Source: an uncultured Verrucomicrobiae bacterium
GTDB lineage: Bacteria > Verrucomicrobiota > Verrucomicrobiia > Chthoniobacterales > Terrimicrobiaceae
Length of the DNA: 64,000 bases
Assembly (NCBI GenBank): GCA_963706955.1
Contig: CAVPOC010000010.1
Coordinates: 128,001-192,000, forward strand
Direction: 5' to 3'
Shown here: in pieces, positions 21,030-30,489 of the stretch
How the letters are laid out: every line of letters starts with the position of its first letter
Numbering within the stretch: position 1 is the first letter of the stretch
Notes under the pieces: generated by a model
Databases searched by the model: none
What the model saw: only the letters and a program-made list of their open reading frames with translations
Told to the model about the DNA's origin: nothing
Made by a program: the position numbers and the translations under genes

Positions 21030-21262
21030 TTTCGGGAGACGTCAGAACAAGCTCAGCACAAGCATCTGGTGATGTCACTGGTTTCCTCTCCCGATAACAC
21101 GTCAGCTCCCGGGTCTCGATTGCCCTTTGCGTGCGCCGGCATTGCGGCACAGGATCCCGAGGATCATCGTGAATCCGAATTCCAAGCTGGATGAGGTGAT
21201 CCACGGAATCTCTTTCCCTTCCTTGCGACTGACTTTGTCCCACGCTAGCCTCCTCCAAGCTG

Positions 21263-21835
21263 ATGAACATCCATGCAGAATTTGGGCGCGAAGAGGATGG
21301 ACGCTGGTTCGCAGAGATCCCGGAACTTCCGGAGGCTCGCGCCTACGGTCCCACCCGCCGCGAAGCGGCGATCGCCCTCACCATCCGCGCCTTCCACATT
21401 CTGACAGAACGCATCGCCAGCGGCGAACTAAAGGTGGAGGACGAATCGGGAGCGATAATCTTGGGAGGCACCGCGGAGTCATTCTCCGAGCTCTTACTCG
21501 AGCTGCAACGTGGTCACACTCTCAGCGCGGAGCCGATCGCCGCTATCGCAGAGAGCAAGAGCGAGGGGCCTAAGAGCCTTCGCAGCGATGAAGAACCGCC
21601 GGCGGGATCGAGCGCCGCCGACGAAGTCGAAAGTTTCGCCCCCGCGCCGTTGCCGACGCCGAGAACGCTGGCCGACTACCATCGCCTGCGTGACCTGCTC
21701 GAGGACCTGATCGAGAGGGTGGGGGCAGATGAATCGCACCCCTTGGCAGCATACATGGATCGCGTCGGCACGCTGGTTGAGCAATACGAGAACACCCATC
21801 TTGCGGAAATCATCGAAAGCAAGCAGAAGCGATAG
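21263..21835 (+). CDS. Chimeric antitoxin-like protein: HicB-like N-terminus plus HigA N-terminal-like C-terminus
   Basis: REEDGRWFAEIPELPEARAYGPTRREA (HicB RNase-H-like part); PRTLADYHRLRDLLEDLIERVGADESHPLAAYMDRVGTLVEQYE (HigA N-terminal-like). Confidence 0.7.
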   Translation: MNIHAEFGREEDGRWFAEIPELPEARAYGPTRREAAIALTIRAFHILTERIASGELKVEDESGAIILGGTAESFSELLLELQRGHTLSAEPIAAIAESKSEGPKSLRSDEEPPAGSSAADEVESFAPAPLPTPRTLADYHRLRDLLEDLIERVGADESHPLAAYMDRVGTLVEQYENTHLAEIIESKQKR

Positions 21836-22101
21836 CGCTTTGGTTGTGCGCTCGAGATCCGGAAAGGCAATTTCACTCTGCTCGACCGCGCTGAGGCTGA
21901 CCTGGAGATGGTCCGCCTGCTCGCACCAAGCGGACCTCCCATAGGGGGAAACTCAGCAGGCTCGTCGCGACGCGAGAGAGTCGTCCGATTTCTGCCGCCT
22001 AATGCAGCCGACGGCAATCAAGCTCAACGGGATTGCATCGGCTCTGAATGAGTGTGGAGGGGATGTCGGCCCATCAGAATGCCTGAGCAGCACCGTCGCA
22101 G

Positions 22102-22305
22102 TCATGGACTGAAGATCAAGGCAACGTAGATGAGAAAGATGATCAAGTGCAATGGCCCTTCGAGAACGGTGGTCCGGGGCAGCGAGGAAGTGAGTGCGCT
22201 GAGCACGAGCGTAAGAACGAAAAGGGTCACGCCGGCCGTGTCGAGACCGAGGACCATTGTTTTGCCTGTCGCAAGACCAACGCCGAGAATCGCCGACACG
22301 ATCAA
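22102..22305 (-). pseudogene. C-terminal remnant of a Ca2+/H+ antiporter (ChaA-like)
   Basis: VLGLD...LTLVLSALT...RTTVLEG..HL..F..Y..LIFSP matches the ChaA C-terminus; N-terminal part missing. Confidence 0.7.
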
Positions 22306-22310
22306 TCTGG

Positions 22311-22553
22311 TCAGGAGAGGCTTGGCTCACTTCCTCGCTGGAAATCGGCTCTCCACTGGTCCGACCTCGATCGAGAAGCGAGGGCATGGTCTAAATTCTG
22401 GCGCCTGATCCAGCCGAAGGCAATTAGGCTCAGTGGGAATGTCCCCATGGTGATGAAACCTAAAGGTCCGGGCGATGCAAGAACGCTGGCTTTCTCGAAC
22501 GCGACGCTCTCCAGTCTCTCAGTGGTAGAGAAGCTTGTCTTCACCGTATGCAT
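22311..22553 (-). CDS. Small hypothetical membrane protein
   Basis: One hydrophobic segment followed by RRQ; a paralogous fragment at ~21990 differs mostly at synonymous sites. Confidence 0.4.
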   Translation of the reverse strand: MHTVKTSFSTTERLESVAFEKASVLASPGPLGFITMGTFPLSLIAFGWIRRQNLDHALASRSRSDQWRADFQRGSEPSLS

Positions 22554-22750
22554 AAATTTTCATGACCACAGTAGAGAATCTGGCGAGATCGTAAATGGAA
22601 CGAAAGATCCACTCCATGCGGAGGGACGCCGCGAATTGGTTGAGAGTTGAGAGAGCACCAAGAGGGCGCGGTCAAGACATAGTTAAGACTTCCCGTCTAG
22701 GACCTAGGTAACACATTGGCGTTTATTGGATCGAAGCAATCTTCTGCCCA

Positions 22751-22803
22751 ATCTGTGCCCATCTGTGAAATCTGCGGATTAAAACTTAATTCTTAAAACT
22801 TAA
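22751..22803. repeat. Short tandem repeats (ATCTG(T/C)G x3; TTAAAACTTAA x2) at the 3' end of the response regulator
   Basis: ATCTGTGCCCATCTGTGAAATCTGCGG followed by TTAAAACTTAA-TTC-TTAAAACTTAA. Confidence 0.6.
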
Positions 22804-23447
22804 GACTCCCTATTACGGGCAGCTTCCGAACTAAGCACCTCGAGTGCCCGCAGGCTGGCGGCGGTGCGGGTTTCGACGCCGAGCTTTTCGAAGATGTCGA
22901 GCACATGCTTTTTGACGGTGGATTCGCTATTGCCGAGAATCACAGCGATCTCTGCATTGGTCTTCCCTTGGGTTAACCAGAGTAGCGTTTCCGCGACGCG
23001 AGGAGTTAAACCCAACACCACTTCCAGCGGCTTCGCGGATTCAAAATTCGGCTTGAATTCTGGGACGGTCTGTTGCGAGGCGCGCTCCAGGCGCGCGCGG
23101 ACCGCCGCAAGCAGATCGGCCTTGGCGACCGGTTTTGTTAGGTAATCGTCCGCGCCGAGATTCATTCCGGCACGAACTTCGGGTTTTTCTCCTTTGGCAG
23201 TGAGAAAGATGAACGGAATCGCGGCGGTTTCCGGGCTGGCACGAAGCGCAGCGATGACGCCATAGCCGTCCAGCTTCGGCATCATGACATCGCAAAGAAC
23301 CAGGTCCGGCATTTCCCTCTTGGCCAACTCGACTCCAAGGAGACCATCCTCAGCAGCCAGCGGCTGGAACCTCTCGAGCCGGAGGATTGCCATGAGGTTC
23401 CGGCGCATTTCTGGTTCGTCTTCAATCACCAAAATCCTTTTCATCAA
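22800..23447 (-). CDS. Response regulator, REC + LuxR-type HTH
   Basis: LVIEDE, CDVMMP, FLTAK, DDYLTKP; LTPR...GKTNAEIA...TVKKHV..IFEKLGV. Confidence 0.93.
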   Translation of the reverse strand: MMKRILVIEDEPEMRRNLMAILRLERFQPLAAEDGLLGVELAKREMPDLVLCDVMMPKLDGYGVIAALRASPETAAIPFIFLTAKGEKPEVRAGMNLGADDYLTKPVAKADLLAAVRARLERASQQTVPEFKPNFESAKPLEVVLGLTPRVAETLLWLTQGKTNAEIAVILGNSESTVKKHVLDIFEKLGVETRTAASLRALEVLSSEAARNRES

Positions 23448-23501
23448 ATGTATCGGCTACGCGTCGCGATTTTGAGCGACAGGATTATTTTCGCAATGAA
23501 T

Positions 23502-25922
23502 TCAGGCGCCTGGCAACTGTCGAGGCTGGCCGTCGGCGACAGAGAAAGTCCCGGAGCTGAACATTGGTAGCCTCACCGTCACGCACGTTCCCTCCCCCAG
23601 CTTGCTCTCAATTTCAATCTTACCGCCTTGCAGATCGACGCAACGCTTCACGATGACGAGACCGAGTCCAGTGCCCGGCCGGTCGGCAACGTTATGTCCG
23701 CGATGAAAAGCGTCAAAGAGCCACTCGCGATCGGCTTGCGCAATGCCGATCCCTTGATCGCGGATCGCGCAGACAATTTCCGCGCCCTCCTGCGCAACTT
23801 CGCACCGAATCACGCGTCCCGCGTCGGAATACTTTACCGCGTTCGTCAGCAAATTTGTGAAGATATGATGCAGCAGCCGCTCGTCAGCTTGTATTTCCAG
23901 CGGAATCTCGCCGACACTCAACTCGATCGGACATCGCCTGTCCGTCGCCGAGAGAACCTCGTCCGCCAGCCGCCGGATGAATCCTCGCACATCGACAGCC
24001 GCCGGTTTGAATTCCGCTTTCCCAGCATCCAGACTGCCGACAAGTAATGCCTCTTCCATGAGCGCAGCCATGCGGCGCGTGTTCTTGCAGATGGACTCCA
24101 AATGGTCTTCGCGTTCAACTGGCGGCAACTGGTCGAGGTAATCCTTGAGGATTTCCGCGGATGATTGGATGATCCCCAAAGGCGTTCGAAACTCGTGCGA
24201 GACCATGGAAACGAAATTGCTCCGCAATTGCCCGAGTTGTTTTTCTCGAGCCAACGTGCGGAGCAATTCAGCTTCCGCGTGCTTGCGCTGGGTGATATCA
24301 AGACCAATCACTAGCATGTGCGGTTGACGATTGATCTCGATGATGTCGGCGGATTGAACAATAGTGTGGACCGAGCCCAGCGAAGTCCGAAGCTGGCATT
24401 CAACCTCTCGGACTGAGCCGTTGCGCTCAAGATCGGTCAAAAATTTCGCGCGATCTTCGCGGTTCACCCATATTCCGAGTTCCTGCGAGTCACGCCCAAG
24501 GATCTCTTCCCGGCTGAGTCCAAACCACCGAACGAAGGCATCGTTGGCCTCGATGCACTTCTTGTCACTCAAGCGCACGATGGTGATATTCACCGGGCTG
24601 GTGTGAAACGCCTTACTGAAGCGTTCTTCGCTCTCGCGCAGGAGATGCTCCGACTGCGCTCGACTCGATTCTTCCAGCGCCAGCGAAGCCATGGCGGCAA
24701 GCGCCGAAACGAAGTCGACCTCTTCAGCGGACCAAATGCGGGAGGGACCGGTATGCTCGTGACAAAGAACGCCAACAACTTTGCCCCCCACCCAAACAGG
24801 TGCATCGAGCATGGAAGAAATTCCGAGCGGCTGGAGGTAGGTCTTCGCCAATCCGCTGGTCGCTGGATAGGTGAGCGCGTCGTCGGCAACGACCGGACGT
24901 TTCGAAGTTAGCGCTGCAAAATAGGTCGGACAATCCGGAGAAACCAGCCGGCTACCTTTGAACTGCTCATCAACGCCTCCCGAATCGCGCAGATAGAGCA
25001 GTTCACATGCAATCGCGGAGTCATTCTCCTGAAGAGCCCAATAACTGACGCGAGCCACATCCAGCGTCATCGCCGAGAGCGAACAGATTTTTTCAATCGC
25101 GTTGCCGAGGTTCGATTTATCTGAGTGTGCCAGTTCAAGCAAGACATCACGGTGGATCTCGACCTCCTCGCCATGCCTGCGCAACTGCTCTTCCGCACGC
25201 CTAAGCTGGTCGTTCGAACGGACGAGTTCGATCGTCCGTTCATCCACCCGTTTCTCGAGCGAGGCATTGAGCTGACGCACTTCGCGTTCAGCCCGCTCGC
25301 GCTCTTCGCGCGTGCGAAGCGCGAGGACCCCATATGCCAGGTTGTTGGCCAAATCTGTATACTGCTCAACCGTTGTCTCGGTGAAGACATCGGGCTCGAA
25401 AGCGTAGAGTGCGAGCGCGCCAAACGCCTCGCCGTGAGACATCAAAGGAAGTGAGACTGAGGACGCAAAGCCACGCAAAGCCGCCTCGGATCGCCACAGA
25501 GCCATATTCGGATCCGTGAGAATGTTTCTCGTCCACGATGTCGTTCCCGTGCGGATGGCCGCACCCATCGGACCGCGACCCGCCTCGGTGTCTGCCCAGG
25601 TAATGTGAAGCAAATCCAGGTATCCAGCCTCATATCCCGCATGTGCGACTGGACGGACGGTTTTGGCTTCATCAAATTCCCGGTAGCCAACCCACGCCAT
25701 GCGCAGGCCGCCGACATCGACCAGGATCTGACAGACGGAACGCAGCAACTCGTATTCCTCGCCAGCGCGGACGAGCGCCTTGTTGCAGTCGTTGACAGTT
25801 CGCAGCGTTCGGTTGAGTCGCGCGAGTTGCCCCTCCGCCCGTTCGCTGGCGCGCCGCGCCTCCGCCAGCAGCGCATCGCTCTGGTTCGGAAAGTCTGCGC
25901 CCACCTTTTTTAGCTTTGGCAT
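23502..25922 (-). CDS. Cytoplasmic GAF-GAF-PAS sensor histidine kinase
   Basis: Two GAF domains, PAS, SHEFRTPL H-box, NLLTNAVKY, GTGLGL; no TM segment seen. Confidence 0.93.
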   Translation of the reverse strand: MPKLKKVGADFPNQSDALLAEARRASERAEGQLARLNRTLRTVNDCNKALVRAGEEYELLRSVCQILVDVGGLRMAWVGYREFDEAKTVRPVAHAGYEAGYLDLLHITWADTEAGRGPMGAAIRTGTTSWTRNILTDPNMALWRSEAALRGFASSVSLPLMSHGEAFGALALYAFEPDVFTETTVEQYTDLANNLAYGVLALRTREERERAEREVRQLNASLEKRVDERTIELVRSNDQLRRAEEQLRRHGEEVEIHRDVLLELAHSDKSNLGNAIEKICSLSAMTLDVARVSYWALQENDSAIACELLYLRDSGGVDEQFKGSRLVSPDCPTYFAALTSKRPVVADDALTYPATSGLAKTYLQPLGISSMLDAPVWVGGKVVGVLCHEHTGPSRIWSAEEVDFVSALAAMASLALEESSRAQSEHLLRESEERFSKAFHTSPVNITIVRLSDKKCIEANDAFVRWFGLSREEILGRDSQELGIWVNREDRAKFLTDLERNGSVREVECQLRTSLGSVHTIVQSADIIEINRQPHMLVIGLDITQRKHAEAELLRTLAREKQLGQLRSNFVSMVSHEFRTPLGIIQSSAEILKDYLDQLPPVEREDHLESICKNTRRMAALMEEALLVGSLDAGKAEFKPAAVDVRGFIRRLADEVLSATDRRCPIELSVGEIPLEIQADERLLHHIFTNLLTNAVKYSDAGRVIRCEVAQEGAEIVCAIRDQGIGIAQADREWLFDAFHRGHNVADRPGTGLGLVIVKRCVDLQGGKIEIESKLGEGTCVTVRLPMFSSGTFSVADGQPRQLPGA

Positions 25923-26179
25923 CTCGCAAATGTCGACGTCGGGCTGGTCGTACCGTTCGGCATGAATCTATCCAGGGGATGGACACTGCGCAATGACGCT
26001 GACCTTGTTTGCAATGCCGTCTGGAGCTTGCCACGGCGTTGTCGCCGGCAGATGAATGCGCTTTGAAGGCACCGCACGGTGGTGGCCCGGCGTGCGATCA
26101 AGAACTCGGAGGCCTGCGCCAGCCCGCTTCGAAACGCATCGTAGATGCTGCGCGTTAGCGACTTTTTCGTCCCGCAATA

Positions 26180-26401
26180 TCAGCCCGGACCTGGCGCCTG
26201 CATTCTGAAAAGCGGCACGAGCTTGATCCATGTAAGCAGACGAACAGTCTTTGTGGATGACGACCGCTCCAGTTTCCTCTCCTCGTCGTCGCCTCCTCGG
26301 GCCGGTCTGTGTGCATTGGCTGCGAGCGAGTTCACCCCTATTACGATCGTTTGGCTGTTGAGCCACTCTTCAAGGTCACCCGGAAGTTGCTTTGCTTTCA
26401 T
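26180..26401 (-). CDS. Small hypothetical protein
   Basis: Strong AAGGAGGAG RBS before ATG; no recognised family. Confidence 0.4.
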   Translation of the reverse strand: MKAKQLPGDLEEWLNSQTIVIGVNSLAANAHRPARGGDDEERKLERSSSTKTVRLLTWIKLVPLFRMQAPGPG

Positions 26402-26610
26402 GTATCTCCTCCTTCACCTCGAGTTCTTGCGAAATGACTTACTTCTCGCCTTAGCTCGAAGTCTCTCTCTTCATAATGCTTCCTCGAAGGATCGTAAATG
26501 GAACGAAAGGTGCGCTTCTGCGAAGTCGTCTACCTCGACATTTAGTGGTAGGCGCAGGAAAAGGCTTGTTGATGGGCGAGCCTGTTGATCGTTGATCGTT
26601 GCGGCGCGGC

Positions 26611-26748
26611 GGGGAGCGCATTCGCCCAGGCGAATCCTCGCGTGCAGTCTTCGACGTCCCGGCGAAGACATCTCTCCTCCGTGCGAGTGAGCTGAACTTC
26701 TGTTTCCGCGAGACGCCGGACACCACACCCGGGACGGGTATGCTCCCC
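26611..26748. repeat. GGGGAGC...GCTCCCC palindromic element (family B)
   Basis: Terminal GGGGAGCGCA / TATGCTCCCC; internal hairpins resemble 16360 and 48781; preceded by GTTGATC heptamers. Confidence 0.65.
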
Positions 26749-26842
26749 ATTGCGATGTTCGTTCATCGCGAATGAAGGTCTCGCAAAGCAGTTCCCTTCT
26801 GATCAGCGCAGCGCGTAAGTACGCGTCAATTGCACCGAACTC

Positions 26843-27235
26843 TTAACCTTGATTTCTGGCACTACGGCCGGTGCGGCCATCTTCTACCTTGAGGAGCCGC
26901 CAAGGTGGATTCGCCCGAAATCGTCGACTCCAGCGCAGGAAGTCCTCTTTAGGCACTTTCGCTTGTGCAGCCATCCACACTTCGACTTGGTTATCGCCAA
27001 CGCTGGTGGCAACGAAATTTCGCAGCGGCTCTGGCGACAAGCCAGCCGCCTCCAAAAATCGGCGGTCCATCGGGCAATTGAAACGATAGGAGCCGGCCCG
27101 GCCGAGGAGCTCTGCGCGGCACTTGTCCACCAGTCGTGCGGCCCACACCGGGAAATCCTCGAGTGCGGCGGACGGACTCCGTGGCGCAACGCGATTCAGG
27201 TCGGTTGCAAAGGCGCGAAGTTTTTCGGTGTTCAT
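26843..27235 (-). CDS. DUF5069-domain protein
   Basis: DL...PRSP, ARLVDKCRA, G.Y.FNCPMDRRFL. Confidence 0.8.
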   Translation of the reverse strand: MNTEKLRAFATDLNRVAPRSPSAALEDFPVWAARLVDKCRAELLGRAGSYRFNCPMDRRFLEAAGLSPEPLRNFVATSVGDNQVEVWMAAQAKVPKEDFLRWSRRFRANPPWRLLKVEDGRTGRSARNQG

Positions 27236-27870
27236 GCCGTCTCCAGCAACGAGGAAGCGAGTGGCCTGCCAGGGACCAACGATGTTGGTCGCCTCGCTGT
27301 CACGTAGTGTTCATGACGGCGCGTCAAGTACTTCGGATAGCTTCCGCGATACCCGAGCAGCCGGGCGAATGGCGCCACCAATCCAAAAAGCACTCTCTGC
27401 ACCAGGCGTGGTGGCCGGGTAAACCGGACCACGTCGCTGAACTCGCGGGCGAAGACGACCAGTTGGAGAAAATGGGGCATCCCCCTTCGATCAACCCTTC
27501 CATCTTGAGCCAAGCCGAACGCGTTAAGAATCATGACCTCGAACCGAGCAGCCGGACGAATTTCGACGCGAACCACCGCATCGTGTTCCCCGGCGTTCCA
27601 CCAGTCGTGCGGAACGCCAGGAGGCACGAGCAACGTAACGCCCGGCTTCGCTTTGATGGCGCGTCCGGACAATCGAACTCCGAGCTCGCCGCGAATGAGA
27701 GTAAACCGCTCTTCGATTGCCGGATGGTAATGCTCTCCCATTACCGCGCCGCTCGGCGCAATGTAGAGGTCCGCCACCAGAAGTTTGCCATCGCTTTCAT
27801 GGGTGCCGATGCGAACGATAGCCGCTTCGCCGGTTACCGGATTTTGAAAGAAATCGCCAGCTTTCGACAT
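27232..27870 (-). CDS. Cupin-domain protein
   Basis: NPVTGE, HYHP..EERF, PPGVPHDWWN. Confidence 0.85.
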   Translation of the reverse strand: MSKAGDFFQNPVTGEAAIVRIGTHESDGKLLVADLYIAPSGAVMGEHYHPAIEERFTLIRGELGVRLSGRAIKAKPGVTLLVPPGVPHDWWNAGEHDAVVRVEIRPAARFEVMILNAFGLAQDGRVDRRGMPHFLQLVVFAREFSDVVRFTRPPRLVQRVLFGLVAPFARLLGYRGSYPKYLTRRHEHYVTARRPTSLVPGRPLASSLLETA

Positions 27871-27908
27871 AAACGCTTTTCGAGATGAATTGAGTGATGC
27901 AGTCGTGG

Positions 27909-29144
27909 TTAGAGATAGCTTAGCCACCAGTCGTGGCGCCGTTGCTTGAGCGCTGCAAACCAGCGGCAAAGTGGGTACAACGCCAGCAGGATCCCGAGCC
28001 AGAGCACATAGACAAGGGGAAGGCCCACGCCGTATCCGTCCGGCTTGGTCACAATTGGGTCTTGGAAGAGCCAAGCGAGGTCGTCTCCGGCAAAGGCGGC
28101 GGCCGTCACCGCCACAACATGAATTAAGTAAATGTGTGTGATGTAGAAAAAGAAGGGCACGCGCCCGAGCGTGATGAGCCAACCAGCCAGTCTGCCGCGC
28201 GCCTTCTCAAAGAGCGCCAGCGCGATGAGCCCGGGACCGAGCGTCATCGCCAGATAGAGCAGCGACGGCGGATACTTTTCGCAATTGATGAACGAGAGGA
28301 CGCTCGCGGTCCACGAGCTGTCAGCCTGCCACGGCGCCGGGTCCCCATAAACATTCAGGGCACGCAGCACCACGAAAATTCCCACCAGGGAAACGCCCGC
28401 GCCCAAGAGCCAGCGACGTCGTTGCGGTTCGGGAAAATTCATCACCGGACCAAACGCGTAGCCGGCGGCCATCACGCCGATCCACGGGACGAGCGGATAA
28501 ACTGCAAGCACTTTTATGCCAGGCAAGGGCTGCAGAAATCCCGGTTCGTGCAGGAGCAGCCACAGGGACGCGAAACCCTGCAACTGTTCCGCTCTAATCC
28601 CATCGAACAGATTGTGGCCAGCGATCATTGCAAACGCGAACGCGGCCAGTGCGACGCGTGGCAGGTAGATCAATCCAGCCAGCGCGATCATCGACCAGCC
28701 AATCGCCCAGATCACTTGGAGAACGAAAAAGTTGAACGCAGGATTAAACGTCCAGCCAAAAAGGACTACGGTAAGTTCGAGCAACGCCAGCCATGCTCCG
28801 CGCGTGAGGAGAAAGAGGCTTAACTCCTGCCTCGTTCGCCCGCGGCTTCCATAGAAAAACGCGGAAAGCCCTGCGAGAAAGATGAAGAGCGGCGCGCAGA
28901 AATGCGTCACCCATCGCGTCAGGAACAATCCCGGATCATGAATGTCGCGGGGATTCATCGCACTCGTGCCGAAAAAATCTCGCGTATGATCGAGCACCAT
29001 CAGAACCATGATCAAGCCACGCAGCAGATCAATGCTGTCGAGCCGTGGTCGAGTCGCCACGCGGCGAGACAATCTGCGGTCCGCAACGCGGGTTCGAACG
29101 GCACGAGCCGGTTCATCCAAGGCGATAACTGAAAACGATCTCAC
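27909..29144 (-). CDS. DUF1624 / HGSNAT-like membrane acyltransferase-family protein
   Basis: SIDLLRGLIMVLMVLDHTRD, THFCAP, KYPPSL, WWLSYL. Confidence 0.88.
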   Translation of the reverse strand: MRSFSVIALDEPARAVRTRVADRRLSRRVATRPRLDSIDLLRGLIMVLMVLDHTRDFFGTSAMNPRDIHDPGLFLTRWVTHFCAPLFIFLAGLSAFFYGSRGRTRQELSLFLLTRGAWLALLELTVVLFGWTFNPAFNFFVLQVIWAIGWSMIALAGLIYLPRVALAAFAFAMIAGHNLFDGIRAEQLQGFASLWLLLHEPGFLQPLPGIKVLAVYPLVPWIGVMAAGYAFGPVMNFPEPQRRRWLLGAGVSLVGIFVVLRALNVYGDPAPWQADSSWTASVLSFINCEKYPPSLLYLAMTLGPGLIALALFEKARGRLAGWLITLGRVPFFFYITHIYLIHVVAVTAAAFAGDDLAWLFQDPIVTKPDGYGVGLPLVYVLWLGILLALYPLCRWFAALKQRRHDWWLSYL

Positions 29145-29292
29145 AGCTTGTTACATTTTGCTGTCAGGTTCGCCGCGGGCGGCTCACCCGTAGGTGACAG
29201 CGCGCAGAAGGCTTGCACTGGTTGCCAGTTCTAACAATGGAACTTTCGTGCTACCACATTCACTGACTCAGGCGATGAGCACGGTAAAAATT

Positions 29293-29320
29293 TGTCCCGG
29301 ACCATCGAGCTCGTTCGTTC
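29293..29320 (+). promoter_or_regulatory. Possible ECF-sigma promoter of the DUF1579-SRPBCC pair
   Basis: TGTCCC-N17-CGTTC arrangement about 50 nt upstream of the start. Confidence 0.3.
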
Positions 29321-29368
29321 TATCACTGAAGCAGTGAGACAATCATCAACAGAAGAGCAAAGCACATC

Positions 29369-29971
29369 ATGAAGCACAGGATTGCATACTTTGGATCGGC
29401 GCTCATTGTCGCCGGAGCACTCACCGTCGGATTGGCTAGTGAAAACGCACAGAAATTCGACCCGGCGATGGAGGAGATGATGAAGAAGGCCGAAGCGGCG
29501 TCCGCACCCGGGATCGCCCATCAGTCACTCGAACCGCTCGTCGGCGAGTGGAACGTTGAGGTAAAAACGTGGATGACCCCGGATGCAGAGCCGACGATTT
29601 CGACGGGTAACGCTAAGTCCACGTGGGCGCTCAAGGGTCGCTTCGTTCAGCAAGAGTTCAGCGGCGAATTTATGGGCCAGCCCTTCCATGGAATCAGCTT
29701 CACCGGTTACGACAACGTCCGAGAGAAATACCGCAGCGTCTGGATTGACGACATGAGCACCACGATGGTCGTAAGCGAAGGTGACGCCGACGACGGCGGC
29801 AAAGTCATCACTCTCGGAGGCAGTTACGCTTGCGCGATGACGGGCGAGAAGGACAAGACAACGACACAGATCTATCGCATCCTTAGTCCCGACAAGCACG
29901 TCTTCGAAATGCACGATCCCGCGCGTGGTGAACATTCCAAGGTGATGGAGATCACCTACATTCGTAAATAG
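29369..29971 (+). CDS. DUF1579 secreted protein
   Basis: PG..H..LEPLVGEW, GRF, GYDN...Y.SVWIDDMST. Confidence 0.88.
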   Translation: MKHRIAYFGSALIVAGALTVGLASENAQKFDPAMEEMMKKAEAASAPGIAHQSLEPLVGEWNVEVKTWMTPDAEPTISTGNAKSTWALKGRFVQQEFSGEFMGQPFHGISFTGYDNVREKYRSVWIDDMSTTMVVSEGDADDGGKVITLGGSYACAMTGEKDKTTTQIYRILSPDKHVFEMHDPARGEHSKVMEITYIRK

Positions 29972-30039
29972 CGCCCACCACGCGAAGACCATCGCTAAGC
30001 GCCCTCCCAACAGCATCAAAACGCCAATCTAAAATTCGT

Positions 30040-30489
30040 ATGTCCACACACACCATCCGGCTTCATCGCGTTCTTCGTTCGACACCTGAGCGAGTGTATC
30101 GAGCCTTTCTTGACGCCGACGCGAAGGCCAAATGGCTTCCACCAAACGGGTTTACCGGGAAGGTTCACCATTTGGACGCCCAAGTCGGCGGCACTTACAA
30201 AATGTCGTTCACTAATTTCACCACCGGCAAAAGCCAATCTTTTGGCGGAACCTACCTCGAGCTCCTGCCACATGAACGCATCCGCTATACGGACAAGTTC
30301 GACGACCCCAACCTCGCAGGCGAAATGCAAACGACGATCAGCTTGAAGCAGGTATCCTGTGGCACTGAGTTGAACATCGTGCAAGAAGGTGTCCCCGCCG
30401 TAATTCCGGCTGAAGCTTGCTATCTTGGTTGGCAGGAATCGTTGACCCTGCTGGCCAAACTCGTCGAGGCGGAAATTCCAGATGAGTAG
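30040..30489 (+). CDS. SRPBCC/AHSA1-family protein
   Basis: PERVYRAF, KWLPP.GF, YTDKFDDPNL.GEM, CYLGWQESL. Confidence 0.9.
   Translation: MSTHTIRLHRVLRSTPERVYRAFLDADAKAKWLPPNGFTGKVHHLDAQVGGTYKMSFTNFTTGKSQSFGGTYLELLPHERIRYTDKFDDPNLAGEMQTTISLKQVSCGTELNIVQEGVPAVIPAEACYLGWQESLTLLAKLVEAEIPDE

Noticed and set aside
21030..21262. HicA toxin upstream of the HicB-like gene
   Set aside because: No ORF of suitable size with the GSH motif in the plus-strand frames I read
29160..29290. Riboswitch between DUF1624 and DUF1579
   Set aside because: GCTGTCA/TGACAGC hairpin is present but matches no aptamer consensus I recognise
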